A stretch of DNA of 64,000 bases from Tubiluchus corallicola (Eukaryota; Animalia; Priapulida), in contig JAQGDQ010000001.1 in the NCBI GenBank assembly GCA_030141605.1, positions 1,054,001-1,118,000 of the forward strand, read 5' to 3'. The notes under the pieces are model-generated. The model saw nothing but the letters and a program-made list of their open reading frames with translations. It did not search any database and was not told where the DNA came from. Shown piece after piece: positions 25,037 through 38,213 of the stretch. Numbering within the stretch: the first letter of the stretch is position 1; the number at the start of each line of letters is the position of its first letter. The translations under genes and the position numbers were made by a program.

Positions 25037-28000
25037 GTACAATCCATTGTATATTTTATCTAATTAATCTGGAAACAAACCAGCCATAACATTTAAGAAT
25101 GCGATAATCGTACTACTTAAGTGATTGTATATGGGCTGGTTATATTGTGTTCACCTACATATTAAAAGAATTCTTACGGTCTTAAGCAAGATCAGTACTG
25201 CAGAAGACGCTTAAGAATAGTTAGTCATAGCTATGTCTTAAGTGTTAGTCTGAAGAATGGGAACTTCAGAACTCGATACAGGAATTGACACTAGTTTCAT
25301 ACATAAGTGTCCACTGTGGGTGAAATGATGAGTGTATCAAATGACGTCACAATTTCTTTAAAAAAGAATAATCTTACTATGGAAATCAGAAAATCCTTTG
25401 GCACCGGTTTCGCTGATATGCTAAATTATATGTACAATATCTGGCACTGCTTAAATATAAACGCAAAAAAAACAAATCACACAGATCACCGCATAAACAA
25501 ATTATACTTTTTGCAGTTTCTGGAAGAAAATTGTTACTATGGTGTCTATGTGTTTTGGTTTTCTTTGTGTTTGTGTTTATATCATTCTAAATTCTTTATA
25601 TTCTAGGGTTTCTTAGCAAACGTGAATGTTCTTAGGTCAGCCAAATGTGACAATACAACCTTTCTTGTGGCACAGGTCATCCAAGTGTGCCAATTGGTCA
25701 TACAATTGGTCATTTAAACATAGTCACTTCAAATTCGTCTTGGCTCATCAAATGTGACAAAAGACTCAAAATCGAGGAAACTACTGTTTTTAAGATTTTA
25801 TAATTTGATAGATCCTGACGAGAAGCACACATTTTTGCTGAATGCTTAGGTATACAGCCATTACTGCCGGCTGACTTTTGCATGCAAAACTCAATCGAAA
25901 TTAACTCGTAAAACATATTTATAAATTGACATCTTTTTTGTCAAATTTTCAAGTCAAGAATTCTCTCGCTGGTCATGAGAAATGGCTTTCTGAATGCTGA
26001 TTATATGCAAAACAAGGTAATTTTGTTAAAAAATCATTGCATAACGACTCAGAGCGATAAAACTTTACGATAGATACAAAACATTATGACTTTTTAAAAT
26101 AGCCAAAAAATTCATACGTGTATCTAGCTACCAAGTGCATGCAGATCCTCCCTGAAGTCTGACTACTTAGCCGCCCTGTGGAAATTTTCTTTTTACATTG
26201 CTTCGCGTTGATATGCTTATTCCTGTATTTTAAATACACAGTAAACAAATTGTTTTTGTCTCAACATTAAAAAGGCTTTTGGTATTTCCACGCCTAATGA
26301 GCTGTTTAAACATAGGATGATAACAAATTTATTTATAATTTTGCAAAAATGGTCAGGAATATGTATACTTGTAACTTCAAACCAGCCGTATTTGACTGCA
26401 GACCGCTGTCATAGTTGGATGTATTTGGCTGACTGGTGTCACATTTGATGTTACACACGTGCACATTTGAGTGGAAAAACCGAAATTAACCCGAAGAAGT
26501 TTGCTTTGAGAAACAAAACCTGGTTTTTTTAAATGCTTCTACCGTACAGCGCGGTGTTGTATTTTATGGCGTAATCAATTTATCTGGATCTTACATACAT
26601 GTAGGATGTTTTATTGACCGATAATTAATTAGTTCTAGAATTTTAGCTGCTAAAACAACCACAGAGAGCGATCATAATTCATCCAGAAGATAAAGCACAT
26701 AATGATCGACAGACGTTTCGAGAGTGTCTCTTGCCATTACCTCACTCTCCCTGTCATCAGTGTAAACGTAAAAACATTTCATGTACTCTGCTTATTAGAT
26801 GCATTATTGTCTGAATTAGATATTAATTAGCGTATAGCAGCTGACGTTTAAGATTAATAAATCATGATTCTTATCTTCAGAGGGCAACAATACAAATCGG
26901 CTAGGTGATGACTGGGACGGACAAACAGACAGACAAGCAGGCAGGTAGATAGGCAGACAGCAGAAATTCCAAATTTTGGCGTAACTGTATGACCTATAAC
27001 AATACCAAGTTTCGAATTCATTATTTTAGAAATAGATTTTAAATACCTTAAGGTAGATAGAGCACCGCGAATTTTAGAAGTTTTTCGACCGTTGCTAGTC
27101 AACTATGGTCACCTTCCATGCAATTTTTTAACTGAACAACAACAACTAGAGTTCAGACCCCACCTGTTGTGTAAGCTTTGGCTTTTAGCGGTCACTGAAA
27201 AATAGCGTAAACAGGCAGACAGACAAGCCAACGTACAAATGTGACTGAGAATAAGGATCGACTAAAGCCGTCCAACCAATCGCACATCGATGTACCATCG
27301 GTTTCAAAGCATCGTGTATAGTTCCCCTGTTATCTTTACTAAAATGTACTAGTGATAGTGCTACTCAATAGCACTATCTACTCTACCCTATAGAAATTGG
27401 AAAATGTTTACTAAAGCCGTAATATGTAGTATAATAGTTACAGCTTACATGTGTTGGACCATATATGTATGTATAGTGCTATATATATATATATATATAT
27501 ATAATTAAGCCAATTCAACTATACTAATTGCTACGCCTAGGAGAAGATGACTTTTCGACCTTTGATTTACTCTCAATAGAACTTCGTTCGGAAATTGATA
27601 CTTAAAATTTTGGTTCTATTATCCTAAGAAACATTATCTCCCTGAATTGGCTTATGTATGGTTAGGTTGTAATGTTAATTAAGCCTAGCCCGAGCTGACT
27701 AAGTCTTTGACCTTTAAGGAGGTGCCAAATAAGAAAGCTTAATCTTTGTTCTGAATATACTGTAATAGGTAATAACATTAGTATACAGGTTTGCTTGGTG
27801 TATTAAATTAGGCTACATTTAGCCTTTAGCACTAATTAACAAAAAGAGTTAACACTCAATGACCGAGCTTTGTATGCATTGTCCTAAAGGAACATTTTAC
27901 CACTGGTTCATTTTGTACTCGTGATAATAAAGCGTAAAAATTGGGCGTAGGTAGAGTGGTGGTAGTATAATTGATTCAGGAAGTGAATTTAAGACAGTGT

Positions 28001-29910
28001 CTAAAATCTGAACAAATCTCCAGGTTGATAAAAATCTTTATGCGGGTTGATGAAAAAATTCGGTTACATTATCCGCGCGCGCATGGTTGGTGGATCAAAT
28101 CATAATGAATAGTTAAGCTTCTTTTCTTAGTTTATTTTAGCTAGACATACATTATTGATACCCATAGAGCTACACTTCCTGCGAATTACATGCAGAGAAA
28201 TTACAAAATGTTTACTGGAGTCGCAGCATGCAGAATATATAATATAAATACGTGTAAGCTGCAATTACTAAACTATATCACACATGATAATAAGGCTCAA
28301 ATGTGAATTTTTATGATACCCGTCCCACGTGTTAAGTTATAACAAACTGTTATGATAATAATAATCGTTCGACTTGGGCTGCGTTGCGAATCTTTGAGTC
28401 CACAGGTGCGGCAGCATCAACACCATCGTATTGTTGCAAAAAAGTTATCATATCAATGCGAGTATAAATTCTAAATCCCAGTCTTGTTAATTACATGCCA
28501 AGAAACCAGGTCATGTTGTCGAAAGCAAAAATAACTAAAAACGGGGAAGAAAACACACAAACAAAGGACCATGTTTTATTTGACTTTTTCAAAAATAATA
28601 AATGGATCGGATAGGATTTTGTCAGCTCCCGGATGATTTATAGCATATGGGGATATGGAGCTTATTAGCGTTAAATTTATTCATCCTTCGCTCGGATTCC
28701 TGAAAATTATTGACAAGACACAGCATGTGGGTGAAATACTGTGTATTTAAATTATTACAAACATTCGCCATTCGCGTCATGTCAGCATTAGTTCTCGTCA
28801 GCTATAGGTATACTAGAAGCGGAATCTGCTGTTAACGAGCTATTCAAAGTTTATGTTGAAGGCTTCCAGCCATTTTCTCGCCTGCTATATTGCACTACCT
28901 AGGACTTCATACATATATTACGAAACAATTCGCAGCAGCTTATTTTTATTTCACCCGTATTTTACCTTCAGTAAAATAGAAACACGCAATATATGGCAGG
29001 CAGATTGTTGAGCAACCGCGGTTGAAAATTATTAAGTTTAATAAATACAGTCGTCGTAAATTTATTTGTACTTGAAACAAAGTAAATTTATTTGTTCCCG
29101 CATAAATATCTTATAGGCGTGCGATTGGATTGTACATAATTACATTTACAAAACCTTTCCGAGAAAAGTCCTATTATAAAAGAACTTTAATATTACTTGT
29201 AAAAAGACTGTTAATAATCAGATGTAATATCTTCCAGTTTCTTTTTCCTTTCGCTAATATAAAATTGTTAAGAAAATTCGTAAGTCAAAACGGTTGTTAT
29301 AATTTGTGCGTGGCTGTGCAACACTGTTAACTTCGATAGGTCCGGATTCTTATTTATTAATTCAATTCAGTATAAACAACTTTAAAAGTTAACCAATCGT
29401 TACTGTTTATGCCATAGATTTCTGAAAACAAAACTTCTCTAAACCCTTTATAGTCTTCTACATCATTGCCACTATTTGAATAGAAAAATTGTTCACAACA
29501 AAGCTTAGTTTGACAAAAGCCACATGCCCCTGATCAATTGAACAGTTTAGTTTGTGAAATCGTGCACTTTGTCACCACAAGAAAACGCACACGTCATCTA
29601 ACCCCGTGCATTCATTGTACTGACCTATCATAGAACTTCATAACAATAATGGAAAGTTGCTTTGCTGTACGTGCACAAACACGGCTTTCAAAATCCCACT
29701 ATGAGAGCAACCATATTGACAGACGGGACAAAAGCTTAATGCACTATTGATGGCTAAAACAGTTTGCACTGAGATATCCGTGCAAGAGCTGACTTTTACT
29801 GCTAGATGTGATTGTAATCTAAGCCATAAAGGTCAATCTTATGAGCAGTTTGGTGTATGAAAATATGACCTAGGCTAGGTTATCCGAAGAACATGTACTT
29901 CAATTCACAC

Positions 29911-30016
<106 letters not shown>

Positions 30017-31807
30017 GTGGTAGCACTGAAGTGTAGAACAGTTTGTTCCGAAACGTCTGTGCACGATCTAATGGTTGTTAATAATAAAAAAGCAATCCAG
30101 AACATACGCCAAACGGTTCACTTTGCAATACGAATCGTGGCCTTAGTATGCTGTTTTTATCTCTTAGACTTGCAGAAATCAAAATAACTGTGGAATACTA
30201 CAGTCCGTGGTTGATGAAATAATCTGTAGGTTGATCAAGGCAAATAATGTACATAAATATCTTACAGTGGGATGCCTCTAGACGGAAGAAAGTTACCTTG
30301 GATGTTTGTAAATTGGCTACTCTGCAAACGCAAATTTTGCTTATCTACCATTCAGTCGAGACGTCAATTAGTTTTGCCTGGGGAATTGAAATACTTCATG
30401 ACGAGATCGGAGAAGCGGCAAATTGTGTTTCTCGTTGATTGCCCTGTAGTTGTCCTTCTCTCGACTGTCCAGTCACGTGAGAACGATGTTGATTAAGAAA
30501 TCTTTTGAAGCTCTGTAGTGACACACTAGGTGGAGAGTGAACCAAAAAAAATAGTTAACCAAAAGTCTAGTGTGATATGGGCCGTATAAAAGACTTCTGA
30601 AATGCATTAAGCTGAATAAAAAATCATAATGCACATGTTGTATTTGGTAAACATTTAATAAAGTACAGTATAAGAGGAGAAGCAAGTGTAACTCAATAAA
30701 AAATGTCATTAAATTTGTAAAAAACTGAGGAAAGAACATTATTCTAAATCAGTCAAATCAAAATTACTTATTGTAGAAACTCGTTTGTGGTTAGGGAAGG
30801 GAAGCTTTGCTAAGGATGTAAACACTCAGTATTGGTATTTATTTTTATTCTTGTAATAAGTGGTCCAAACTGACAAATAAACAAGATTGTTCATTTCACA
30901 ATAAACATAGAGCTAAATCCATGTATTTAGTTTGAGGCTGTGTCGTTATTTGTTCATTAAAGTACGTACGTGATCAACTGTGAAATACAGTAAGAATCTG
31001 CAGCAACTATTCAGTTGAATATTTTCGCAGAGTCATTGAAAGTTGAAATCACAACATAAGCGACGTAATCGCGGCTTCGTAACATCTTTCCGGTTAAAAT
31101 AAACTGCAGAGCAATTATAAAGAAGAATCAAAATATTGTACATGAAAATTTATTCAGAAACTTACAATTTAGCCTTGCATACCGTATGACATTGTGGATA
31201 CAACAAGATGTGGTACACATTTTGGAGAATGTATATTCTGAGTGATCATTATTACATCTACGCGCAAAAAATCTCATCTCTTAGACTTAATACGATCTAA
31301 TTTACAAAATATTTGTTTTTTTACTCAAAAGTTGCTTGTATGCTTGTAATGCTGTTACATGTATAAGAAATAGTTGGTATACAAGTATAAAGAAATTAGA
31401 ATTGTTGAATTTTTGTTGATACTTGGGAACCTTAACGGTGCCATATTGCTGTTGTGCAACGTATAAAGTTTGTTGCAATACTGAATGCTGGATCTAGTGA
31501 CTCTAGCCGCTACTTAATCGTTCATCTAGGCTTCACTCATCAACGACGCAGTAATCTCTTATAAGTACAAGTCAGACGCGATTAAGTCTTGGGCTTACAG
31601 CCAAAGCGGGCTTCAAGTCCTCTCTCGTCAGAGATTTATTAGTGTCAGTTGTCGAAGATGGAAGGAAGGCAGACGCCGCACTGATCCACGAAGAACTCTG
31701 CTGGTTTTTCAAATGATTCAGCAGGGAGCACGCAGCTAACGATGATGTTTGCTAAGAAAAACCGACGCTGAAATTGAAACTGTAATTTACAGCTTTCAGG
31801 ATAATGA

Positions 31808-31901
31808 ATTTATTGGGATAAGTTTAATAAAAGTCTTGTTTTATATCTTATATATAATATAATACAAGGCAAGAGCTTTTATTAAACTTATCCTAATAAA
31901 T
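31808..31901. repeat. Short inverted repeat / mini-MITE
   Basis: 26-bp arms atttattgggataagtttaataaaag and cttttattaaacttatcctaataaat (1 mismatch) around an AT-rich spacer. Confidence 0.8.
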
Positions 31902-34695
31902 ATATCTATGTATATATAGGCTATCTGAAGCGAGATGTGTGAAATTCATGAAGTGTATAATGAAACCAATTTCTCACACCTATTTTATCACAAAATTTAC
32001 TAGGTTGATAAGTAAAACAAGTTGCTTGGCTACAGCTAAGAAGTTTGTCATCTAAAAAATGAGCTACATGCTCTGGATAGTGTTAACCAATAACTTGTAA
32101 CTTCATGCAAGCAAAGTTAAATTTGAAACATGAAAAAATCGTGTTTTGGGCGCCATGCTGTCTATTACACCAGAGAAAGACAAATTTTCAAGGCTTAGCA
32201 ACAGTTCGCATTTTGCAGCAGTTGCATTTCTATGTTTTAATTAACACCAGTAAAACGTCAAACGGCAAATTTTCGGTCAAAATCGTTAATCATCCTATTT
32301 AAAAATTTTTATTCCGGGAATTTTGTAATATTAGCATGAAAATATATATCCTATGGTATAATGACCTGTAGAGGAGAACAAGCGTGTTCTCGAAGCGTTA
32401 TTGCTTTCAAAATTTTTGGTCGAGGCTCAACCCAAATTTCTGCTCATCTGAATGTTGTTCTTTTTGGAGGAACAACCTTTCGAAAAAGCTTAGGGCTCCG
32501 CGAATTATGTAAAAATGTTGAACACCAACCCAAAGCTAGTCGGCGTAGTTTTCAAGAAACATTTTATTGTGTAACAACATGGGTAAGATGAGTATGAAGC
32601 TTATATATAAGCAGACTAGAATTCACTCGTCAGTGCCAGGAACCGTACTAAAGTTTTGGCTCACGGTACGGTTCGAGGCTGATTATCAGTATGTGATTAA
32701 CGCCATTGTTATGAGAATCTAATGATTATTATGAGAAAATACAATGGCGTCCGGTTACACTCGCCACTCGGTTTGAAACTTTGTACGAATATACTAGTGG
32801 AATTACACACTACTGTTGCAGTCAAACTTTCAGTGCGCCATTTTGATTTCAAGATGGCGGCGAGAATAATACCATTTTCGAGAAAAACCTTAAGGCAACC
32901 ATTAAATAAAATTCAGCAAAAAATACAAGATTTTTAGAAGATGAGTTATTTGGCTTACAAAATTAAATAAAAGCTCAACATACTTCAAGAAAGGAAAAAC
33001 TGTAGTGGCAGTAAATGTGCGAGCAATGCAAACGAAAAAGCATTTTAATAAGATTAACAAAAATAGTCTTGGTGTGAAAATTACTCAGCGTCAGTGATCT
33101 AGTATCAGAGTTTGGAACGGATACAGAAAAGTATTTCGAAGCATGTTTATCTTAATTAGGAGCAAATTTACACTGCTAGGATACGCTACTATAAAATTCT
33201 TTTTGCCAAGAACTTTTATGTAAAAACTCACAATGTTATTTGTAAACAAGTTCAGCTGGAACTATTCGTCGAGGGAAGCGCTGAACTAGAGGTTGTGGAT
33301 TAGAAATGACGTCAATGCCATCACGTTCTGAGGTGAAAACATTTTCCCTAAGCGGCAGAATTATGTCAAATGGAAAATCCTAGAACGAACATGTCGTGCG
33401 TCACACCTGAATATTCTCAACAATAATTATCATTATTTTTGAGATGAAAGATTTTTGAGATAAGCTTATATTCTTTAGCTGTCTAATCTCACTGATATGT
33501 AGCGTGTTGTACACATAACTCGCTTCGGCAGCTTAAAAGTGAAAATTGGGTGCCTGTGTATCCGTTTTTTCTGCTTCAGACACACCGAAATATATTGCAG
33601 ATAGGTTCGTGTTTCGGAAATCAGGACCATCTGCCCTCTACATCGACGACGCGAACCTTTAAATTCCGGAAATGCTCTAAACTACCGGAATAAGGACGCT
33701 GGTTGCAACAATCTCTTTTGGCTGGAAATCGTTGAAAAATTCATTTGTTCTGCCAAAAGTCATTCGTTGTTGTGTTCGCAAGATTAATGTTTTCTGTGCG
33801 AAAATGTCGTCTATCTGTAAGTAATTAGAATTGTTTCGCTGTTGGTTGATGTTGTCTATGACAGAATTTTGAAAGGGAATCTTACATTGTTTCAAACAGC
33901 GACAGTTTCTTGGCCTTGTGCCAAGCGTAGAGATTTCGTAAAAATGTCCAAACGATTCAAAAATTGATAATGATAATAATAAAGCCAAAATGATAATTTG
34001 ACATACTCACTGTGTGCAAAGTAAATGTTAAATTTGTTTCCAATTACACTTATTTTTCATGTGTATGTTGCGTGTGTCTATTGGTCCAGCGATCTGGTGA
34101 ATATAGGTACATCATCACACTAGAAACTATAAAAGTACATCCCGTCAATCTGTGAAAAATTTGTTAGGATAAAAAGGCTGTTATTGACTAACCTCTGTTT
34201 ACTAGCTACAAACAATATGGCCCAGTTCATTGGTGAAGTCAGTTTCGTTTCGCAATGCTCCTAGTTCACTGACGAAGTAAATTTCGTTTATTTATTTATT
34301 TCACGCGGCATTCACGGGAAACGAAAGTCAGTAAGTAGCATGTTATTCCTGAAGCCCGGTTTAGATCCGATTTTCATCCGATTTTGTCGACCAACAAAGT
34401 CCTGAAGGCCTATCCGACAGCTTTTATTTATGCGAGAATTCAAGCTTTGAACATCTGAAACATTGATATCTGTCACATGTGTACTTACTTGAATATTGCA
34501 TTTGTTACACTTGTTTTGCGAAGACATCCAAATACTACAATTTTTTACAATCATCCTTCAGCCAGGCAGTTTTATTCACGTAACGTAATTTTGCTATGGT
34601 TGCATACTCTAGATTGTATGTAAACTTGTGGTTTTGATTATTTGAAAAACGAACAATGAATAAATAAAGACGAATAAAAAACGAACAACGAATAA

Positions 34696-34726
<31 letters not shown>

Positions 34727-37700
34727 CCCTCCGTCCCTCTTTTTCCTTCCCCTTGTCGCACTTCCTTTCCTTCTCTCTTACCTCTCTTTCTTTACAAGGA
34801 TCACCCCTCTTACATTAACCTACACGTATTTAAATGATTATATAATAATGAATAGCTTTTCACAATTTACCATGTTTTTCGCTATAGTCCGAAGTCGGAA
34901 GGCAGTCGAATGAAAAGTAGAACACCTCTCGACTTTTATCCGATTTCATCCGATGAGTTGATCGACAAGTCGGATTTCCCGTTCACATGACGTCCGCCTC
35001 CATCCCATATTGTCGTCCGATTTTGTCTGGTCGTGTAAACGATTCATACGATTCGGCCATCTTCAGCCGATTTATCCAAAAATCCAATTTGGTCGGATCG
35101 TGTAACCCGGTATAAAGATTCGCTGCAAATTTTGTCAGACTACATCTCTAGGCTATATTCTATAGAAAATATTATTGCTCTTCTTGTCATCTTCGTCGTC
35201 GTCGTCGTCGTCGTCGTCGTTCTGGCTCTGCTGCTTGTTCTTGTTGTCGTTGTCATTGTCGTTATTGTTATCATTATTATTATTATCACTATCATCATTG
35301 TCGTTGTTATTGTAGGGGGAATAGTAAAACTCTTTAGTTGTTATAACAAAACAGATCAAAACTAGGCAAATGGCAATCCCATAGCCATCTTCATTTTTGT
35401 TTGTAGGCGCTTGCCCTGCAAAGGTTGTAATCTCAGAGAGAAGCCAATCAACCCAGCTCGGTTAATGTGGGACGTTCCCTAGACGGCGTGCTGTACAAAG
35501 TGTAACTTTGAAATACGAAGCGATGTACATTTCATTGCAGCTGCTATTTACTGTTGCAGAAAAACAAGCTTGTTGTTAATCGCCCTAAAGCAAAACAAAC
35601 AGGCAGTGTAGATTATTGTATTCATCCCAGCGTTAACTATCCAACAGCAGGCTGAAGCCATTGCCTCCAGTGCACGACTTACTCACTGATAATGTGCGAA
35701 TACTTTACACATTCTTTCCGCCTGGATTATGAACTCACAACTTGAAACATTTTAATGTTTCTCTTGTGTAAGTATGTCATAAAAACTGTAGGATGTTTTT
35801 TCGGGACGCGGACACACAAAGACACACTATATGTAATGCTCAGTCACTGGTAGGCCTATACATTATAGATAAACGGGATACGTATATTCTTTATTGGCAA
35901 TTTATGATTCTATCTTTATTTGTAAAATAATGACACTTAATGTAGCACAATGTTCAATGAAGTTAGGTTATCGTCTTCTTAATTTGCGTAATTCGCTTAT
36001 CAGTAACTTGAATTTTCTGTGCTATTACTTTGGTATTAAAACAGTTCGTTTCTTGTAATTTCACCAAACTTGGTTTCTTGTGCGACCACGGCGAACAAAA
36101 TTCAATTTTATTTTAAAGACATCGGTAATCATATCTTGGAGGATTACAGCCTTGGAAGATGCTATTCTTGCGGCGTAGATTTATTTTATTTGCGTTCAAT
36201 TTGGTATTAACGAGGCTTCTTCGAAAAATAGAGGCATTAAATTATCCATTAATGGTAAGAGCTCACGCAAATGTTTGCCTTGAGAGTTTAAACCGTCATT
36301 AAACGACAGTTGCAGCAAAGTTAATACTTTTTGCAACAAAATAGCGATCGAACAGTTGGTTGACGCTTGCGCGGAGTGAGACCACAAAGGGCTCATTTTA
36401 TGGACAATGGCAACTGTAGCTTGGAAAATAAAAATCAATTATTTTTTAGTTGTGTGAACCTCGTGCGACAGTATCAGGGACTGATAACTCCTAGGATTTA
36501 CACCAGTTTGTAATTTGCGTAGTTGGAACTGGTAAACATGACAAACCAAACGATCAATAATGCACGAACATTCCACAGGGTGTCTGGTTTACGCATTAAT
36601 GATGGAGATAATGAAGACTGGGTTATGAATTGCAAAACTGCTATATAGTCGGCTTAATTGATGTCATGTTGATATTGTTTCTAATGCAATTGAAATCATT
36701 TGAAGCTTATTTATGATGCGAATGATCTGTTGTGCACTTTCATTGTACAAAAGCCAGATTTTTTCATAGATTTCGACCCCTCTGAAATCCAAGCGCTCCA
36801 GAATATTTATCTTATCTGTGTTCTAGCCTATGGTGATCAACTATGCGCGCAAATCCATGTAGTGTAATTGAAGTAACCCTGCATAAAAGCAACGCATGAC
36901 GCAAACATATTTCGAAAGCCGCGTGTAATTGTGTTGTTGATTTAAGCCATTTTTGTTGGTTTTGCACATTTAATTTATTGTATAAACGTTGTAAAGATTA
37001 AATTTAAGTAACTGCGGTATGCCATAAAGCCTGCAAATCGTAGTAGATAAACCGTTTAATTTCGTGCCTGAAGTAAACTTGTGTGAACTGTAAAAAGACT
37101 AAGTATTTTTTTAATAAATTTCAAAGGATAAACTATATGTTCATCCAACAGTTACAGCACTCATCGAATTAAATATGATTATAATTACTTTTAATTATAA
37201 TTATAATTTACCTTTTGTTATTTATGCACATGCAAGCGTAATGTATTAAGCACTATTATCCTAGTATTGAACAAACTCTTCGAACAGGTGTTTTTTTCTA
37301 GGAATTTATATTACGTGTTTGTTTTACTTTCATATCTAAAATATTCAGTTTAATTGGTTCGCTCTGACGTTTCATATTTTTATTCACCGCAGCATCAGTA
37401 TTAACGCACGTTGTATGCTTTTCAAATTATAAAGTAATTGGTTTTAACTTTAGCTTTACTGACACAATATTATACTTTTGCAGCTTAGGACACACATTTT
37501 CAATTAAAGCGCTTCAAACGTTCGGAAGCAAACCGAAATCGTTTGGTTTAAAAGATGATCCCACCAAATATAAACCCTCAAATGTCAGATTAAATAATTG
37601 AATTTTTATATACATATAACGCATCTTTTTCTATTGAATTTCTGTTTGTGAAAGTTGTAGATCACAAAATAACATACAGAATTCTGTAAATGACTCAACA

Positions 37701-38041
37701 GTCAGCAGTACTAGTGAACTTAATTCGTTTGCTGTACACAGACGCGAAAGAAAGTGAGCATATCAGTATATAGAAGCCTGTCAGGCTAGAATTGCCTGTA
37801 AACAACAAGAAAAACTAAAAAAATAAAACAGTTTATTTAAAATAAAGTGCATAATGCTGAGCATTATGTAATTCCTATGAGTGATTACGGTGCAATGGTA
37901 ATCAAAGACAACATACTGAGAACACACTGAGAAGGACATAATCAAACGTATGCTATAAGAAGAATCCGTTCCCATACTGAACGTCCTATCCTCACTAATG
38001 TAAAGAATAAACAAGTCCCATAATTCTCTCTGTCTTTGCAG

Positions 38042-38213
38042 CTAACGCCCTTGATGCTGCTGTTGAAAACCTAAGGAATTCAACGGGATGTCCATGTGAA
38101 AACCTAGACGATACAGCAGAAGATGGGCTAAAAGTTCGGAATGAACCTTGCTCCCAAAAGTCTCACAGAGGATACATCATGGCTATTGCTATAGTACCAT
38201 CCATTGCCGTCAG
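38042..38213 (+). CDS. TPM/MOLO-1-like protein, exon 2
   Basis: tctttgcag|CT AAC GCC...GTC AG|gtagta. Encodes ANALDAAVENLRNSTGCPC...CSQKSHRGYIMAIAIVPSI ('CPC...C...GY.I.vA.V' motif). 172 nt, phase 1-2, matching both neighbours. Confidence 0.87.
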
